A stretch of DNA of 64,000 nucleotides from Spirochaetota bacterium (GTDB taxonomy: Bacteria > Spirochaetota > UBA4802 > UBA5550). Made by a program: the position numbers and the translations under genes. The notes beneath the pieces were generated by a model. That model saw nothing but the letters and a program-made list of their open reading frames with translations, had not been told where the DNA came from and made no database searches. Shown here piece after piece: positions 1-10,548 of this stretch (the stretch's first letter is position 1; each line of letters opens with the position of its first letter). The stretch spans positions 224,001 to 288,000 of the forward strand of contig CAXXHB010000003.1 of assembly GCA_963664815.2 (NCBI GenBank), given 5' to 3'.

Positions 1-1
1 T

Positions 2-2263
2 GACGGATTGTGCAGTGTTATCGGGTATTCTACGGAGGAGATGATCAACTCCAGGTTTAACAGATTCATAAGAGTTGAAGAGCGTGAAGAGGTGACAGAA
101 AGGTTTTTTTCCCGGCTGAGGGGTGAAGATGAATCATCTGTTAACGAGCTTACTTTCATAAGAAAAGACGGAGTCCCGAGGATAGCCGAGACGAGAATAT
201 CCACCTATGCCGATTCTCTGGGAAGGATTTATACCGTAGTCCATATTCTGGATATAACAGCCAGGAAAGAGGCTGAGAGGGAGCTTCGCGAGAGCGAACT
301 GCGCTACAGGAAGATGTTTGATGATCACAGGGCCATTATGCTCCTTATTGATCCGGATAACGGGATGATTATGTCAGCAAACGATTCAGCTGTTGAATTT
401 TACAGATACACCCGCCATGAACTGCTTAATATGAATGTCTCTGATATTAATACACTCCCCTACAGTGAGATTATTCATGATATCCGCCATGCCCTGACAA
501 AAGAGAGGAATTTTTTTACTTTTACTCACAGACTTTCAAACGGTGAAGTTCGTGAAATAGAGGATTTCTGTTCCGGTATAACAATCGGGAACAAAAAAAT
601 GCTGTTTTCAATTATACATGATATTACAGAGAAAAAAGCTCTTGAGGCAAAGATTAATGAGGGGGAGGAGATCTTAAGGAATCTTATTGATGCATCACCT
701 GCTGCGATTATTATTTATCAGGGGGAGAGGCTGGTTTTTGTAACACGCTCCGGAGAAGAGCTGACCGGCTACTCGAAAGATGAATTATACGGGATGAACT
801 TCATTGATATGGTAGCTCCCGAGTTCAGGGCGGATGTAATGAAGAAATCTGTCAGGCGTCAGATGCGCAAAAGCCAGTCAGTTCCCTATGAAATCAGGAT
901 AATTTCAAAAAATGGAGTTTTAAAGTGGGTATCGGTCAAAGGGGCGCCGGTACAGTATAACGGCCTGCCCTCTGTGATTATTTCGGTAATGGAGATAACA
1001 AAACGGAAAAAAACAGAGGAATCCCTGATCAAGACAATAAGGCAGCTTGAAGAATCGGTGCAGAGAGCAAACACCCTTGCGGTTCAGGCTGAATCGGCGA
1101 ACATGGCTAAAAGCCAGTTTCTGGCCAATATGAGCCATGAGATAAGGACACCGATAAACGGCGTAATTGGAATGCTCGGCCTCCTGCTTGATACCAGCCT
1201 TAACCCGATGCAGAGAAAATATGTGGAGGTAGCGGAGTCCAGCAGTGATATGCTGCTGACCATAATTAATGAAATTCTTGACCTTTCAAAGATTGAGTCT
1301 GAAAAATTCAGGCTTGAAAAACATGACTTCAATCTGAAGAACCTTGTGGAGAGCGTTACTGAAATGCTTTCCGTCAGGGCTGATGTAAAATCTCTCTCCC
1401 TGGTGTCATCCATAGACTCTGATGTGCCTCTCCTGCTCAATGGCGATTCTGACCGCATTAAACAGGTGCTGATAAATCTTACGCATAACGCGGTCAAGTT
1501 TACAGAGAGGGGCGGTGTTTCTGTGAATGTTTCACTTGAAAAGGAGACAAAAGCGAATGCCAGGCTTCTCATCTCTGTGCGGGATACGGGAATAGGCATT
1601 CCGGCAGAGAGTGTAAAGGATATCTTCAACCCTTTTACACAGGGTGACGGCGCCATGTCGAGGAAATACGGCGGGACAGGGCTTGGACTTGCCATTTCAA
1701 AAAAAATAGCTGAAAACATGGGCGGGGATATTGATGTTGAGAGTGTTCCCGGAGAGGGGTCTCTGTTCCGCTTCAGGGTGACTCTTGAGAAGCAGAAGCG
1801 ATCAGAGCAGGTTAAATACAGTATTGATCAGCCGGGCAATGCACACTTTGACAGGGAGAATGTAAAAATACTCCTTACCGAGGATAATGAAATAAACCGC
1901 CATGTTGCTATGGCAATGCTGACCAGGCTTGGATACAGACCGGATTATGCGGTTAACGGCTCCGAGTGCATAGAGGCTTTGAAAAAGAATGATTATCATA
2001 TTGTATTTATGGACTGCCAGATGCCTGATATGGACGGGTGCGAGGCTACAAGAATTATCAGGGGGGGGGGATCGGGGGCATTGAATCCTGATATAGTCAT
2101 TATCGCGCTGACCGCTCATGCAATGGACGGGTATCGGGATATATGTGTATCAGCGGGGATGAACGATTATCTTTCAAAGCCTGTAAAACGTAAGGATCTT
2201 GATGATATGATAAAGAGGTGGGTGCCTGAACTCTCAGGAGACCGGTTTAAGGGGGCAGAGTAG
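2..2263 (+). CDS. Hybrid multi-PAS sensor histidine kinase with C-terminal receiver (5' end lies outside the window)
   Basis: Frame is open from position 2 (DGLCSVIGYS, mid-PAS). H-box [13 protein letters not shown]-box NLTHNAVKF, G boxes DTGIGI and GGTGLGL, receiver VFMDCQMP...LSKP. Confidence 0.93.
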   Translation, partial: DGLCSVIGYSTEEMINSRFNRFIRVEEREEVTERFFSRLRGEDESSVNELTFIRKDGVPRIAETRISTYADSLGRIYTVVHILDITARKEAERELRESELRYRKMFDDHRAIMLLIDPDNGMIMSANDSAVEFYRYTRHELLNMNVSDINTLPYSEIIHDIRHALTKERNFFTFTHRLSNGEVREIEDFCSGITIGNKKMLFSIIHDITEKKALEAKINEGEEILRNLIDASPAAIIIYQGERLVFVTRSGEELTGYSKDELYGMNFIDMVAPEFRADVMKKSVRRQMRKSQSVPYEIRIISKNGVLKWVSVKGAPVQYNGLPSVIISVMEITKRKKTEESLIKTIRQLEESVQRANTLAVQAESANMAKSQFLANMSHEIRTPINGVIGMLGLLLDTSLNPMQRKYVEVAESSSDMLLTIINEILDLSKIESEKFRLEKHDFNLKNLVESVTEMLSVRADVKSLSLVSSIDSDVPLLLNGDSDRIKQVLINLTHNAVKFTERGGVSVNVSLEKETKANARLLISVRDTGIGIPAESVKDIFNPFTQGDGAMSRKYGGTGLGLAISKKIAENMGGDIDVESVPGEGSLFRFRVTLEKQKRSEQVKYSIDQPGNAHFDRENVKILLTEDNEINRHVAMAMLTRLGYRPDYAVNGSECIEALKKNDYHIVFMDCQMPDMDGCEATRIIRGGGSGALNPDIVIIALTAHAMDGYRDICVSAGMNDYLSKPVKRKDLDDMIKRWVPELSGDRFKGAE

Positions 2264-2312
2264 TGAACACTGCTGCATCCTGAACAGATTAAAGGCTCTG
2301 TATTACACATCA

Positions 2313-2337
2313 CTGCCCGCAGGAAGCCGGCGGGCGG
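2313..2337 (+). terminator. GC-rich hairpin after the first kinase, possible terminator
   Basis: CTGCCCGC-N9-GCGGGCGG stem; no clear U-tract follows. Confidence 0.3.
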
Positions 2338-2377
2338 GGAAACTTTCATGCCTGTTTTTGCATGTTTCACTTTAAAT

Positions 2378-2406
2378 TTGACTGATCTGCATTTTATAGC
2401 TATTTT
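2378..2406 (+). promoter_or_regulatory. Putative sigma70 promoter
   Basis: TTGACT-17 nt-TATTTT, about 40 nt upstream of the GGAG-preceded ATG at 2448. Confidence 0.55.
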
Positions 2407-2447
2407 ACCCTTCAGGACAGTTCTATGATTATTCGCGGAGTAACTGA

Positions 2448-5400
2448 ATGAGCATTGATAGGGAAAAAACGCTCCTTCTTGTGGAGGATGAGCCTGTTAT
2501 AGCCATGGTAACCGCTAAAATGCTGAAACGGAGCGGATATGAAGTTATTATTGCTTATAACGGCAGTATGGCTGCCGATATGGCTTTATCCGATCTTTCT
2601 ATTGATCTTATTCTTATGGATATAGATCTGGGGGGGGGAATAAACGGTCCCGAAGCAGCGCGAAGAATTCTCGGGAAACGGAATATTCCTATTGTTTTTC
2701 TTACCTCTCACTCTGAACAGGAAATAGTTGAAATGGTAAGAGAAATCACCCGTTACGGGTATGTAATAAAAAACTCAGGGGACTTTGTACTTCTCTCTTC
2801 AATAGAGATGGCCTTTGAGCTTTTTGATTCCCACGAAAGATTAAAGGCTTCAGCAGATACTCTCAGGATAAGCGAGGAAAAAGTCAGATCCAAGCTTGAC
2901 AGCATTCTGTCTCCCGAAGGAGATATCGGGGATCTTGATCTGGCCGATATAGTTGATATTAAAATGCTCCAGTCAATAATTGATGACTTCCATTCCCTGT
3001 TTGAGATCGGCGTTGCCATTGCAGACCTTAAGGGGAATATTGTTGCTTCGTCTGGATGGCAGGATATCTGCCGCAAATTTCACAGGACAAATCCGGAAAC
3101 ATTGAGAAACTGTATAGAAAGCGATAACGCCGCGGCTGTAAAGACGGAAGCGGGCAAGTACTATCTCTACAAATGTAAAAACAACATATGGGACATGACT
3201 ACCCCTATTGAGGTAGGGGGAAAACATATAGGAAATCTTTTCCTCGGCCAGTTTCTTTTCATGAATGAAGAGATAGATTTTAACCTCTATCGTTCACAGG
3301 CAAAGAGATACGGATTTAACGAGAGTGAATATATAAAAGCGCTGGAACGTGTTCCAAGGTTCAACGAGGAAGTAATCCATATAGCGATGACATTTTATAT
3401 TAAATTTGCCGGTATTATTTCCAGGCTCAGTTACAGCAATATCAAGCTTGCAAAAACTCTGGCGGAAAGGGATCATTTTTCATCTCTTCATAAAGAGGTT
3501 GAAACGCAGTTGAGTAATGTCACCGAGCACATGGTTGACCTTGTGGCAAGGCTTGACAGTGAAGGTTTTTTCAAATATGCATCCCCATCTTTTAAAAAAG
3601 TTTTAGGTTTCAGACCGGAGGAACTGGCAGGGACCTGGGCGCCTGAAATTTTTCATCCATCCAGCAGGGAAAAAAATATAAAGGAAATTACTGCAATATG
3701 TAAAGCAGGCAAGGGATTTGCTGAGTTCAGGCAGAGATGCAGGGATGGTACATACCGCTGGTTTGAGGCGACAGGGGTGTACATATATAATGAAAAGGGG
3801 CAGATCACTGGTTCGGTACTGGGGGCAAGGGATATCACCGAAAAGAAGATAGCGGAGAGGAGATTAAGAAAAAAAGACAAGCAGTATGGTGAACTTTTTG
3901 AAAGGATGATAGACGGCTTTGCCCTGCATGAAATTGTCGTTGATGACTGGGGTAATCCGGTGGATTATATTTTTCTTGAAGTGAACCCGGCTTTTGAAAA
4001 ATATACCGGGCTGAATGCGGCAGAAATAACCGGGAAAAGAGTAAGGGAGGTAATACCGGGTATTGAATTTTACTGGATTGAAACGTATGGACGGGTGGCG
4101 CTTAAAGGGGAACAGATTACATTTGAGAATTACACCAGCCCTCTTAACAGATGGTATAAAGTAACCGCCTACTCTCCGGAAAGAGGAATCTTCGCAACAA
4201 TATTTGAGGACATTACTGACCGTAAAAGGGGTGAAGAACTTTTACGGGAGAGGGATGAACGGTATAAACGGATCTTCGAATCAGTAGTGGGGTATGTCTA
4301 CACGGTATATATTGAAAACAAAATTCCTGTCAGGACGGTACATGGCCCTGGATGCGAGGTTATAACGGGTTATGCTCCTGATGATTTTATCAGGGACCCG
4401 GAATTATGGTATAAAGTCATATATCCTGACGACAGGGGGCGAGTGATTTTATTTGCTTCGGATATTATTCATAAAGGAATTTTTTCTCCGATAGAACATC
4501 GCATTATATGCCGTGACGGAACTGTCCAGTGGGTAAGGAACACCCCTGTTCCGCATTATAACGAAAATAATGAGCTCATTGAGTACGACAGCGTTATTGC
4601 GGAGATTACTGATTACAGAAATGTTGTGGAATCGCTGAAGAAGAGTGAAGAGATGTTATGGAATATTATAAATTCATCCCCGGACTTTGTGTATGTCAAG
4701 GATACCGATCTTAAACTTGTCATGTGTAATGAAGCCTATGCCTCATCCCTGAATAAAAAAGCGCATGAACTTGCCGGAAAAACCGATGCCGAATGCGGCT
4801 GGAGTGAAGATTATGTTAAAGGCAATATACAGAAGGGAATCAGGGGATTTGAACCGGATGATCTTCGCGTGCTTAACGGGGAGAAGATCACTGCACAGAT
4901 CGGACCTGTTTTAATAAAAGGGAGAACCCGTTATTTTGAGACAATAAAAGTTCCTGTATATACAGAGGGTAAAGTTGCCCACCTGCTTGGAATAAGCAGG
5001 GATATCACCGACCATATGGCTGCCAGCCACGAAAAGCATGCGGTGATTGATCTTTTCCGTATTATAAACTCAAGCGGTGATACTCATAGTCTGATGAAAT
5101 CGGTTTTATATTTTCTTAAAAAGTGGTCAGGGTGTGAGGCCGTGGGGATACGTCTGCGCGAAGGGGATGATTATCCATATTTTGAAACGGAGGGTTTCCC
5201 GGGGGAGTTTATCAGACTGGAAAATAACCTCTGCGCGCGCGATTCCAGTGGAAGCCTGATGCATGACGATAAGGGGGATCCCTTTCTTGAGTGCATGTGC
5301 GGAAACATTATCTGCGGCAGGTTTGATCCTTCAAAATCCTTTTTTACAGAACACGGGAGTTTCTGGTCAAATTGTACAACAGACCTGCTCAGTTCTACAA

Positions 5401-6623
5401 CCGATGCCGACAGACAGACCCGCACCAGGAACAGGTGCAACAGCATGGGTTATGAATCGGTTGCTTTGATTCCTCTCAGGGCAGGTTCTGAAACTTTTGG
5501 TCTGATTCAGCTTAATGATAAAAGAAAAGGGATGTTCACAGGCGGGATAATGGAATTATTTGAACGACTCGGGGATAACATTGCCATTGCCCTGTCAGAG
5601 AAGATGATTCGCCGGAAGCTGTCAGAGAGAGTTGAACAGTACAGAACTGTGGCTGATTTTACCTATGACTGGGAATTCTGGATTGCTCCGGACGGAAGAA
5701 TGCTTTACTGTTCCCCTTCATGTGAAAGAATTACCGGATACAGGGATGATGAATTTCTTGATAATCCGAAACTTTTACGCAGCATTGTCATTGATGAGGA
5801 TCTGAAAAGCCCCTGCATAAGTGATGCTGTTGTGTTTGAATTTCCTGAAACAAATGAAATGGAATTCAGAATTATTCATAAGGATGGAAGAATAATTTGG
5901 ATAGGTCATACCTGCCGGTCGGTATATGACAGTAAAGGAAATTTTACAGGCAGACGGGGGAGCAACAGAGACATTACAGAGAGTAAAGAATCTTTTAAAA
6001 GAATAAATTCACTTCTGAAAGAGAAAGAAATTCTGTTGAGTGAGGTACACCACAGGATTAAAAATAACATGAATACAATATCAGGACTTTTAATGCTGCA
6101 GGCAGCATCGATGGACAACACTGCTGCAGTTACAGCTCTGGATGACGCACGCAGCCGCGTTCAGAGCATGATGATCATGTATGATAAACTCTACCGGTCA
6201 GAAGATTACCGAAAAATGCCGGTGAGAGAGTATTTTGAAAAATTTATTGATGAGATACTGATTATTTTTGAAAACCGGGGACTGGTCAGTATTGAAAAGG
6301 ATATTGATAATTTTGTCCTGGATACAAAGATACTGTTTCCTCTCAGCATTATTATAAACGAGCTTGTTACCAATGTATTTAAATATGCATTTCCGGACGG
6401 ACGGACTGGCTTTATCAGCCTCTCTGTCAAAAAATGCGGTAATGTGATAAAAGTTTTAATCAGGGATGACGGAGTTGGCGTTCCGGATAAAGTAACAGAA
6501 TCCCAGTCCGGAGGGTTTGGACTGAGTCTTATTTCAGCCCTTGCCGGGCAGATAGGGGGTGAGTTCAGGATAAAAAACGATAATGGAACAGTTGCGGAAG
6601 TTTTATTTAAAAATGAAGATTGA
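2448..6623 (+). CDS. REC-PocR-(PAS)n-GAF-PAS-HisKA_2 histidine kinase
   Basis: N-terminal receiver (LVEDE, LMDIDL). PocR-like segment WQDICRKFHR...NCIESD...YKCKNN...GNLFLGQF. Repeated PAS/PAC ends (DITE/DITD). Cys-rich GAF. HisKA_2 H-box EVHHRIKNNM, NELVTNVFKYAF, DDGVG, GFGL. Confidence 0.92.
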   Translation: MSIDREKTLLLVEDEPVIAMVTAKMLKRSGYEVIIAYNGSMAADMALSDLSIDLILMDIDLGGGINGPEAARRILGKRNIPIVFLTSHSEQEIVEMVREITRYGYVIKNSGDFVLLSSIEMAFELFDSHERLKASADTLRISEEKVRSKLDSILSPEGDIGDLDLADIVDIKMLQSIIDDFHSLFEIGVAIADLKGNIVASSGWQDICRKFHRTNPETLRNCIESDNAAAVKTEAGKYYLYKCKNNIWDMTTPIEVGGKHIGNLFLGQFLFMNEEIDFNLYRSQAKRYGFNESEYIKALERVPRFNEEVIHIAMTFYIKFAGIISRLSYSNIKLAKTLAERDHFSSLHKEVETQLSNVTEHMVDLVARLDSEGFFKYASPSFKKVLGFRPEELAGTWAPEIFHPSSREKNIKEITAICKAGKGFAEFRQRCRDGTYRWFEATGVYIYNEKGQITGSVLGARDITEKKIAERRLRKKDKQYGELFERMIDGFALHEIVVDDWGNPVDYIFLEVNPAFEKYTGLNAAEITGKRVREVIPGIEFYWIETYGRVALKGEQITFENYTSPLNRWYKVTAYSPERGIFATIFEDITDRKRGEELLRERDERYKRIFESVVGYVYTVYIENKIPVRTVHGPGCEVITGYAPDDFIRDPELWYKVIYPDDRGRVILFASDIIHKGIFSPIEHRIICRDGTVQWVRNTPVPHYNENNELIEYDSVIAEITDYRNVVESLKKSEEMLWNIINSSPDFVYVKDTDLKLVMCNEAYASSLNKKAHELAGKTDAECGWSEDYVKGNIQKGIRGFEPDDLRVLNGEKITAQIGPVLIKGRTRYFETIKVPVYTEGKVAHLLGISRDITDHMAASHEKHAVIDLFRIINSSGDTHSLMKSVLYFLKKWSGCEAVGIRLREGDDYPYFETEGFPGEFIRLENNLCARDSSGSLMHDDKGDPFLECMCGNIICGRFDPSKSFFTEHGSFWSNCTTDLLSSTTDADRQTRTRNRCNSMGYESVALIPLRAGSETFGLIQLNDKRKGMFTGGIMELFERLGDNIAIALSEKMIRRKLSERVEQYRTVADFTYDWEFWIAPDGRMLYCSPSCERITGYRDDEFLDNPKLLRSIVIDEDLKSPCISDAVVFEFPETNEMEFRIIHKDGRIIWIGHTCRSVYDSKGNFTGRRGSNRDITESKESFKRINSLLKEKEILLSEVHHRIKNNMNTISGLLMLQAASMDNTAAVTALDDARSRVQSMMIMYDKLYRSEDYRKMPVREYFEKFIDEILIIFENRGLVSIEKDIDNFVLDTKILFPLSIIINELVTNVFKYAFPDGRTGFISLSVKKCGNVIKVLIRDDGVGVPDKVTESQSGGFGLSLISALAGQIGGEFRIKNDNGTVAEVLFKNED

Positions 6624-6859
6624 AAAAGCCTGAATACATATTAAATTATATGGTTCCGTTTTAACCGCCCTTTACAGCTGTATCCTGCAGAATAAATATA
6701 AAACCGGGTTTTCGGCATGTGCTGAGATCAGCCGGCATTCTTCAGTTAAACATCATTTTAACACAAATTAAAAGTAATTATAAAACGATACCTGACAATA
6801 AAAATAATCCGGTTACTTGAAAAAAATAAATAATATATTATATTAAAAAATGTATATCA

Positions 6860-9178
6860 GTGAAATTTTACAGGATTTTTATGAGCCGGGAAGATACCGC
6901 CAGAACCATTCTCATTGTTGAAGATGAGGCTATTATATCGATTATAACAGCTAAAACGCTGCGAAGATTCGGATATGAAACTTTCACTGTAAATTCCGGA
7001 GAGAAGGCTGTTGATATGATGTCTTCAGGTGTGAATATATCTCTTATCCTTATGGATATAGATCTTGGAAGCGGAATTGACGGAACTGAGGCAGCCCGGC
7101 AGATATTATCAATGCGGGATATCCCTATTGTTTTTCATACTGCTCATTCAGAAAGGGAGATGGTAGAGAAGGTAAAGGGCATCACTCGTTACGGATATGT
7201 CATTAAAAGCTCAGGAGATTTTGTTCTTAACTCCTCCATAGAGATGGCTTTTGAGCTTTTTGAGGCAAACCGCAATATTGAAAACAGCATGAATGCGCTC
7301 AAAGAGAGCGAGGAGAAATACCGCGCCGCATTTATGACAAGTCCCGACGCTGTGAACATAAATACCATGGAGGGGAGGTATGTCGATATAAATGAAGGTT
7401 TTACAAGATTAACAGGTTTTACCAGGGATGATGTAACAGGAGTTTCTTCAAAGGAGATTGATATCTGGTCAATACCGGCTGACCGGGAGAAGCTTATAGA
7501 AGGCCTGAAAAAATCGGGGTATGTTGAAAACCTTGAAACTGTTTTTCGCTTCAAGGACGGTTCATTAAAAACAGGCCTGATGTCAGCAAGAATTATAAAG
7601 ATTAAAAATGAGCCTCATATTCTGTCAATAACCAAGGATATATCCCAGAGAAAGCAGTATGAAAAGGAGATAAATATCAAGAATGATGAACTCTCTGCTC
7701 TTAACGAAGAGCTTATGGCAACGGTTGAAGAGCTGGAGGCGACCAATGAAGAGTTTGAAGCGATAAACTCCGAGCTGACTATAACCAATGATGAGCTTCA
7801 CCGTAAAGAGGGGATTATAAAAGATGAACAGCAGTTTACTGAGAGAATATTAGACAGCCTTCCCGGAATCTTTTATGTCTATTCATATCCGGAACTAAGA
7901 TTGAAGCGATGGAACAGAAACCACGAAATTCTTCTCGGATATGAACCGGGGGAGATAAAAGACCGTCATATTACACAATGGCATATACCTGAAGCTAAAG
8001 ATGCGCTCCAGGCTGCCATTGAATCTGTAATGAAAGACGGGTATGGCATAATTGAATCCCCGCTTAAAACCAAAAGCGGCAGTTTAATACCGTTTCTTAT
8101 GACAGGAGTTAAATTTGAGGAGCGGGGGCGGACTTACCTGATGGGTGTGGGTATTGATGTTACTGAACGGAAAAAAATTGAAGAGGCGCTGAGCGAGAGC
8201 GAAGAACGGTACAGAACACTTGTCCGGATACTTCCGGATGGCGTTGTAATTCATACTGACGGCGTTATTGTTTATGCCAATGAAGCGGCTCATAGGATAG
8301 TTCACGCCGATAAGCCGGACCAGCTTATCGGCATTCATGTAATTGATTTTGTACACCCCGACTACAGGGAGATGGTGTCAAAGAGAATAAAAAACGGAAT
8401 ATCCATGAAGTTGAAGGGGGAACCGGCCGAAGAGATCTTTAAGACGTTTGATGGAACCTTCATAACAGTGAGCGTTACAGCCATCCCCTTTACATATTCC
8501 GGCAACCCGGCTATGCTTATTATATTCAATGATATTACCGGGCGCAAACAGGCTGAAGAGAAAATACATGCCTTGTTTGCTGAAAAGGAATTACTTCTGA
8601 GGGAAGTCCATCACCGCATAAAAAACAACATGAATACCATTAAGGGGCTGCTGGCTCTTCAATCATATACGCTCAAAGATTCACCGGCGGTCACAGCGCT
8701 GCAGGATGCGGAAAACCGGCTGCAGAGCATGATGGTGCTATATGACAAACTCTATCGTTCAGACGATTTCGGCGAGCTGTCAATGCAGGAATACCTCCCC
8801 TCTCTTGTGGATGAAATTGCCGATAATTTTTTAATTCATGAATATGTAAATATCGAGAAGAGGATAGATGATTTCAACGTTAATACCAAGGTACTTTTCC
8901 CTATTGGAATAATTGTAAACGAAATTATCACAAATGCGATGAAATATGCTTTCACCGGACGAAGCAGCGGATTGATCACAGTAACTGCATCCAGAGAGGG
9001 GAACCGGGCTTTTATCACTATATCGGATAACGGGATTGGCATACCGGAGCCGGTAAGTATGGAACATTCGGCTGGTTTCGGCCTGAGCCTTGTGAGTATG
9101 CTGACAGAACAGATCGGCGGTGAGCTTAAGCTGGAACGGGGGAACGGAACAAGGTTTATTCTTGAGTTTAACCTGTAG
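6860..9178 (+). CDS. REC-PAS-coiled coil-PAS-PAS-HisKA_2 histidine kinase (start may be ATG 6881)
   Basis: Receiver IVEDE/LMDIDL, EVHHRIKNNM, NAMKYAF, DNGIG, GFGL. Confidence 0.92.
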   Translation: MKFYRIFMSREDTARTILIVEDEAIISIITAKTLRRFGYETFTVNSGEKAVDMMSSGVNISLILMDIDLGSGIDGTEAARQILSMRDIPIVFHTAHSEREMVEKVKGITRYGYVIKSSGDFVLNSSIEMAFELFEANRNIENSMNALKESEEKYRAAFMTSPDAVNINTMEGRYVDINEGFTRLTGFTRDDVTGVSSKEIDIWSIPADREKLIEGLKKSGYVENLETVFRFKDGSLKTGLMSARIIKIKNEPHILSITKDISQRKQYEKEINIKNDELSALNEELMATVEELEATNEEFEAINSELTITNDELHRKEGIIKDEQQFTERILDSLPGIFYVYSYPELRLKRWNRNHEILLGYEPGEIKDRHITQWHIPEAKDALQAAIESVMKDGYGIIESPLKTKSGSLIPFLMTGVKFEERGRTYLMGVGIDVTERKKIEEALSESEERYRTLVRILPDGVVIHTDGVIVYANEAAHRIVHADKPDQLIGIHVIDFVHPDYREMVSKRIKNGISMKLKGEPAEEIFKTFDGTFITVSVTAIPFTYSGNPAMLIIFNDITGRKQAEEKIHALFAEKELLLREVHHRIKNNMNTIKGLLALQSYTLKDSPAVTALQDAENRLQSMMVLYDKLYRSDDFGELSMQEYLPSLVDEIADNFLIHEYVNIEKRIDDFNVNTKVLFPIGIIVNEIITNAMKYAFTGRSSGLITVTASREGNRAFITISDNGIGIPEPVSMEHSAGFGLSLVSMLTEQIGGELKLERGNGTRFILEFNL

Positions 9179-9280
9179 CACTTCCGGAAGTATTTTTAAA
9201 ACAGAACATGCCGGTTATAATGCCGGATTTAAAAACATCAGGCAGGTAACAGAGATTATTCTTCATCATAAAAGACAGAG

Positions 9281-10531
9281 GTGAAAATGAAAGAGAAAAG
9301 AATTTTAATAGCTGAAGATGACATCAGTACCGGAATTATGCTTTTTGAATACCTTACTTCAAAAGGTTATATTGCAGAGGTTGTTAAAGACGGCAGTGAA
9401 GCGCTTGTTAAATATAAAGAGAATCCCACACAGGTTGTTATTACTGATATTGATATGCCGGTTATGGATGGCAATGAACTGATTGGACATCTTAAATCAT
9501 TTGATATATCACCGGTAATCTTTGTAACCACAAGCCATAAAGATCCTGAAATGATAATAGATATTATGAAAAAGGGGATATATGATTACCTGCTTAAACC
9601 CCTTTACATGGGGGATCTTTTATTAAAGCTTGACCGCGCATTTGAATCGTTTGATCTGCGCAGGGCTTTTGAAATTTCAAAGCGGGAAAAGATAATACGG
9701 CTTGAGAACAGTCTTGAGTGGTACAGGTTCGAGGAAAAAATCCAGACCCGCGATATACAGTCTATGGGTAAAAATATTTTTGAAAGCCTTCTTACAAGCT
9801 TTAACCAGGGATCGGGATTCGGTGGTCTGGTCACACTTGCCGGTCTGATGAAATCAACAGCGGTTAAAGAGGGAGAATACTATAAGATTAAAGATGATCT
9901 TTTTGAAATGATAATGGGTAATGTAGTATCAGCAGAGAAGGCGCTTCAGACTTTCGGGGATATATCTAAAATAGGATCAGGGCTTCATGAACCGGAGAGA
10001 GTTTCAATAATGAATCTTTACGATATAATTTCAGAAAGGATCAAGTTGCTTAATTCGCAGATAAGTTTAAGAAATCATCATGTAGTGGTATGTGATAAAA
10101 ATGACTTCTTCAACGACCTGTTTATTGAGATAAATACCGATTATTTTATAAAGGCGTTTGAGGAGATTATTATAAATTCTTTGAAATTCTCAGCTGCAGG
10201 CTCTGATATTCTGGTTCTGTTTTTTAAACAGAATGAAATAATTTCTATATCAGTAATCAATGATCTCCCGGCAAATCAGAAAGATGGAAAAGGTGTCCCC
10301 ATCGGTTATGAAAACCTTGTACTTGAGCCATTTTTCAGACTAACAAAGGCTGTATATTCAGATTATCAGACCCTTGATTACGGACTTGGTCTTACTCTTG
10401 TTGATAAAATAGTCACAAAATACGGGGGGAAGGTTTCCATAGGTAATATTAATGATTATTCAGATTTAAAAAACGGAGCCAGAGTAAAGGTGGAATGTAC
10501 TATAACCTTTACTATAATGTCTGAGGAATAA
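9281..10531 (+). CDS. Receiver fused to a HATPase_c domain, with no recognisable H-box His
   Basis: Intact receiver (IAEDD, ITDIDMP, LLKP). N-box EEIIINSLKFS, F-box EPFFRL, G2 YGLGL. The H-box-equivalent region reads ESLLTSFNQGSGFG. Confidence 0.8.
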   Translation: MKMKEKRILIAEDDISTGIMLFEYLTSKGYIAEVVKDGSEALVKYKENPTQVVITDIDMPVMDGNELIGHLKSFDISPVIFVTTSHKDPEMIIDIMKKGIYDYLLKPLYMGDLLLKLDRAFESFDLRRAFEISKREKIIRLENSLEWYRFEEKIQTRDIQSMGKNIFESLLTSFNQGSGFGGLVTLAGLMKSTAVKEGEYYKIKDDLFEMIMGNVVSAEKALQTFGDISKIGSGLHEPERVSIMNLYDIISERIKLLNSQISLRNHHVVVCDKNDFFNDLFIEINTDYFIKAFEEIIINSLKFSAAGSDILVLFFKQNEIISISVINDLPANQKDGKGVPIGYENLVLEPFFRLTKAVYSDYQTLDYGLGLTLVDKIVTKYGGKVSIGNINDYSDLKNGARVKVECTITFTIMSEE

Positions 10532-10548
10532 TCAGAAAGGGGAAACGG

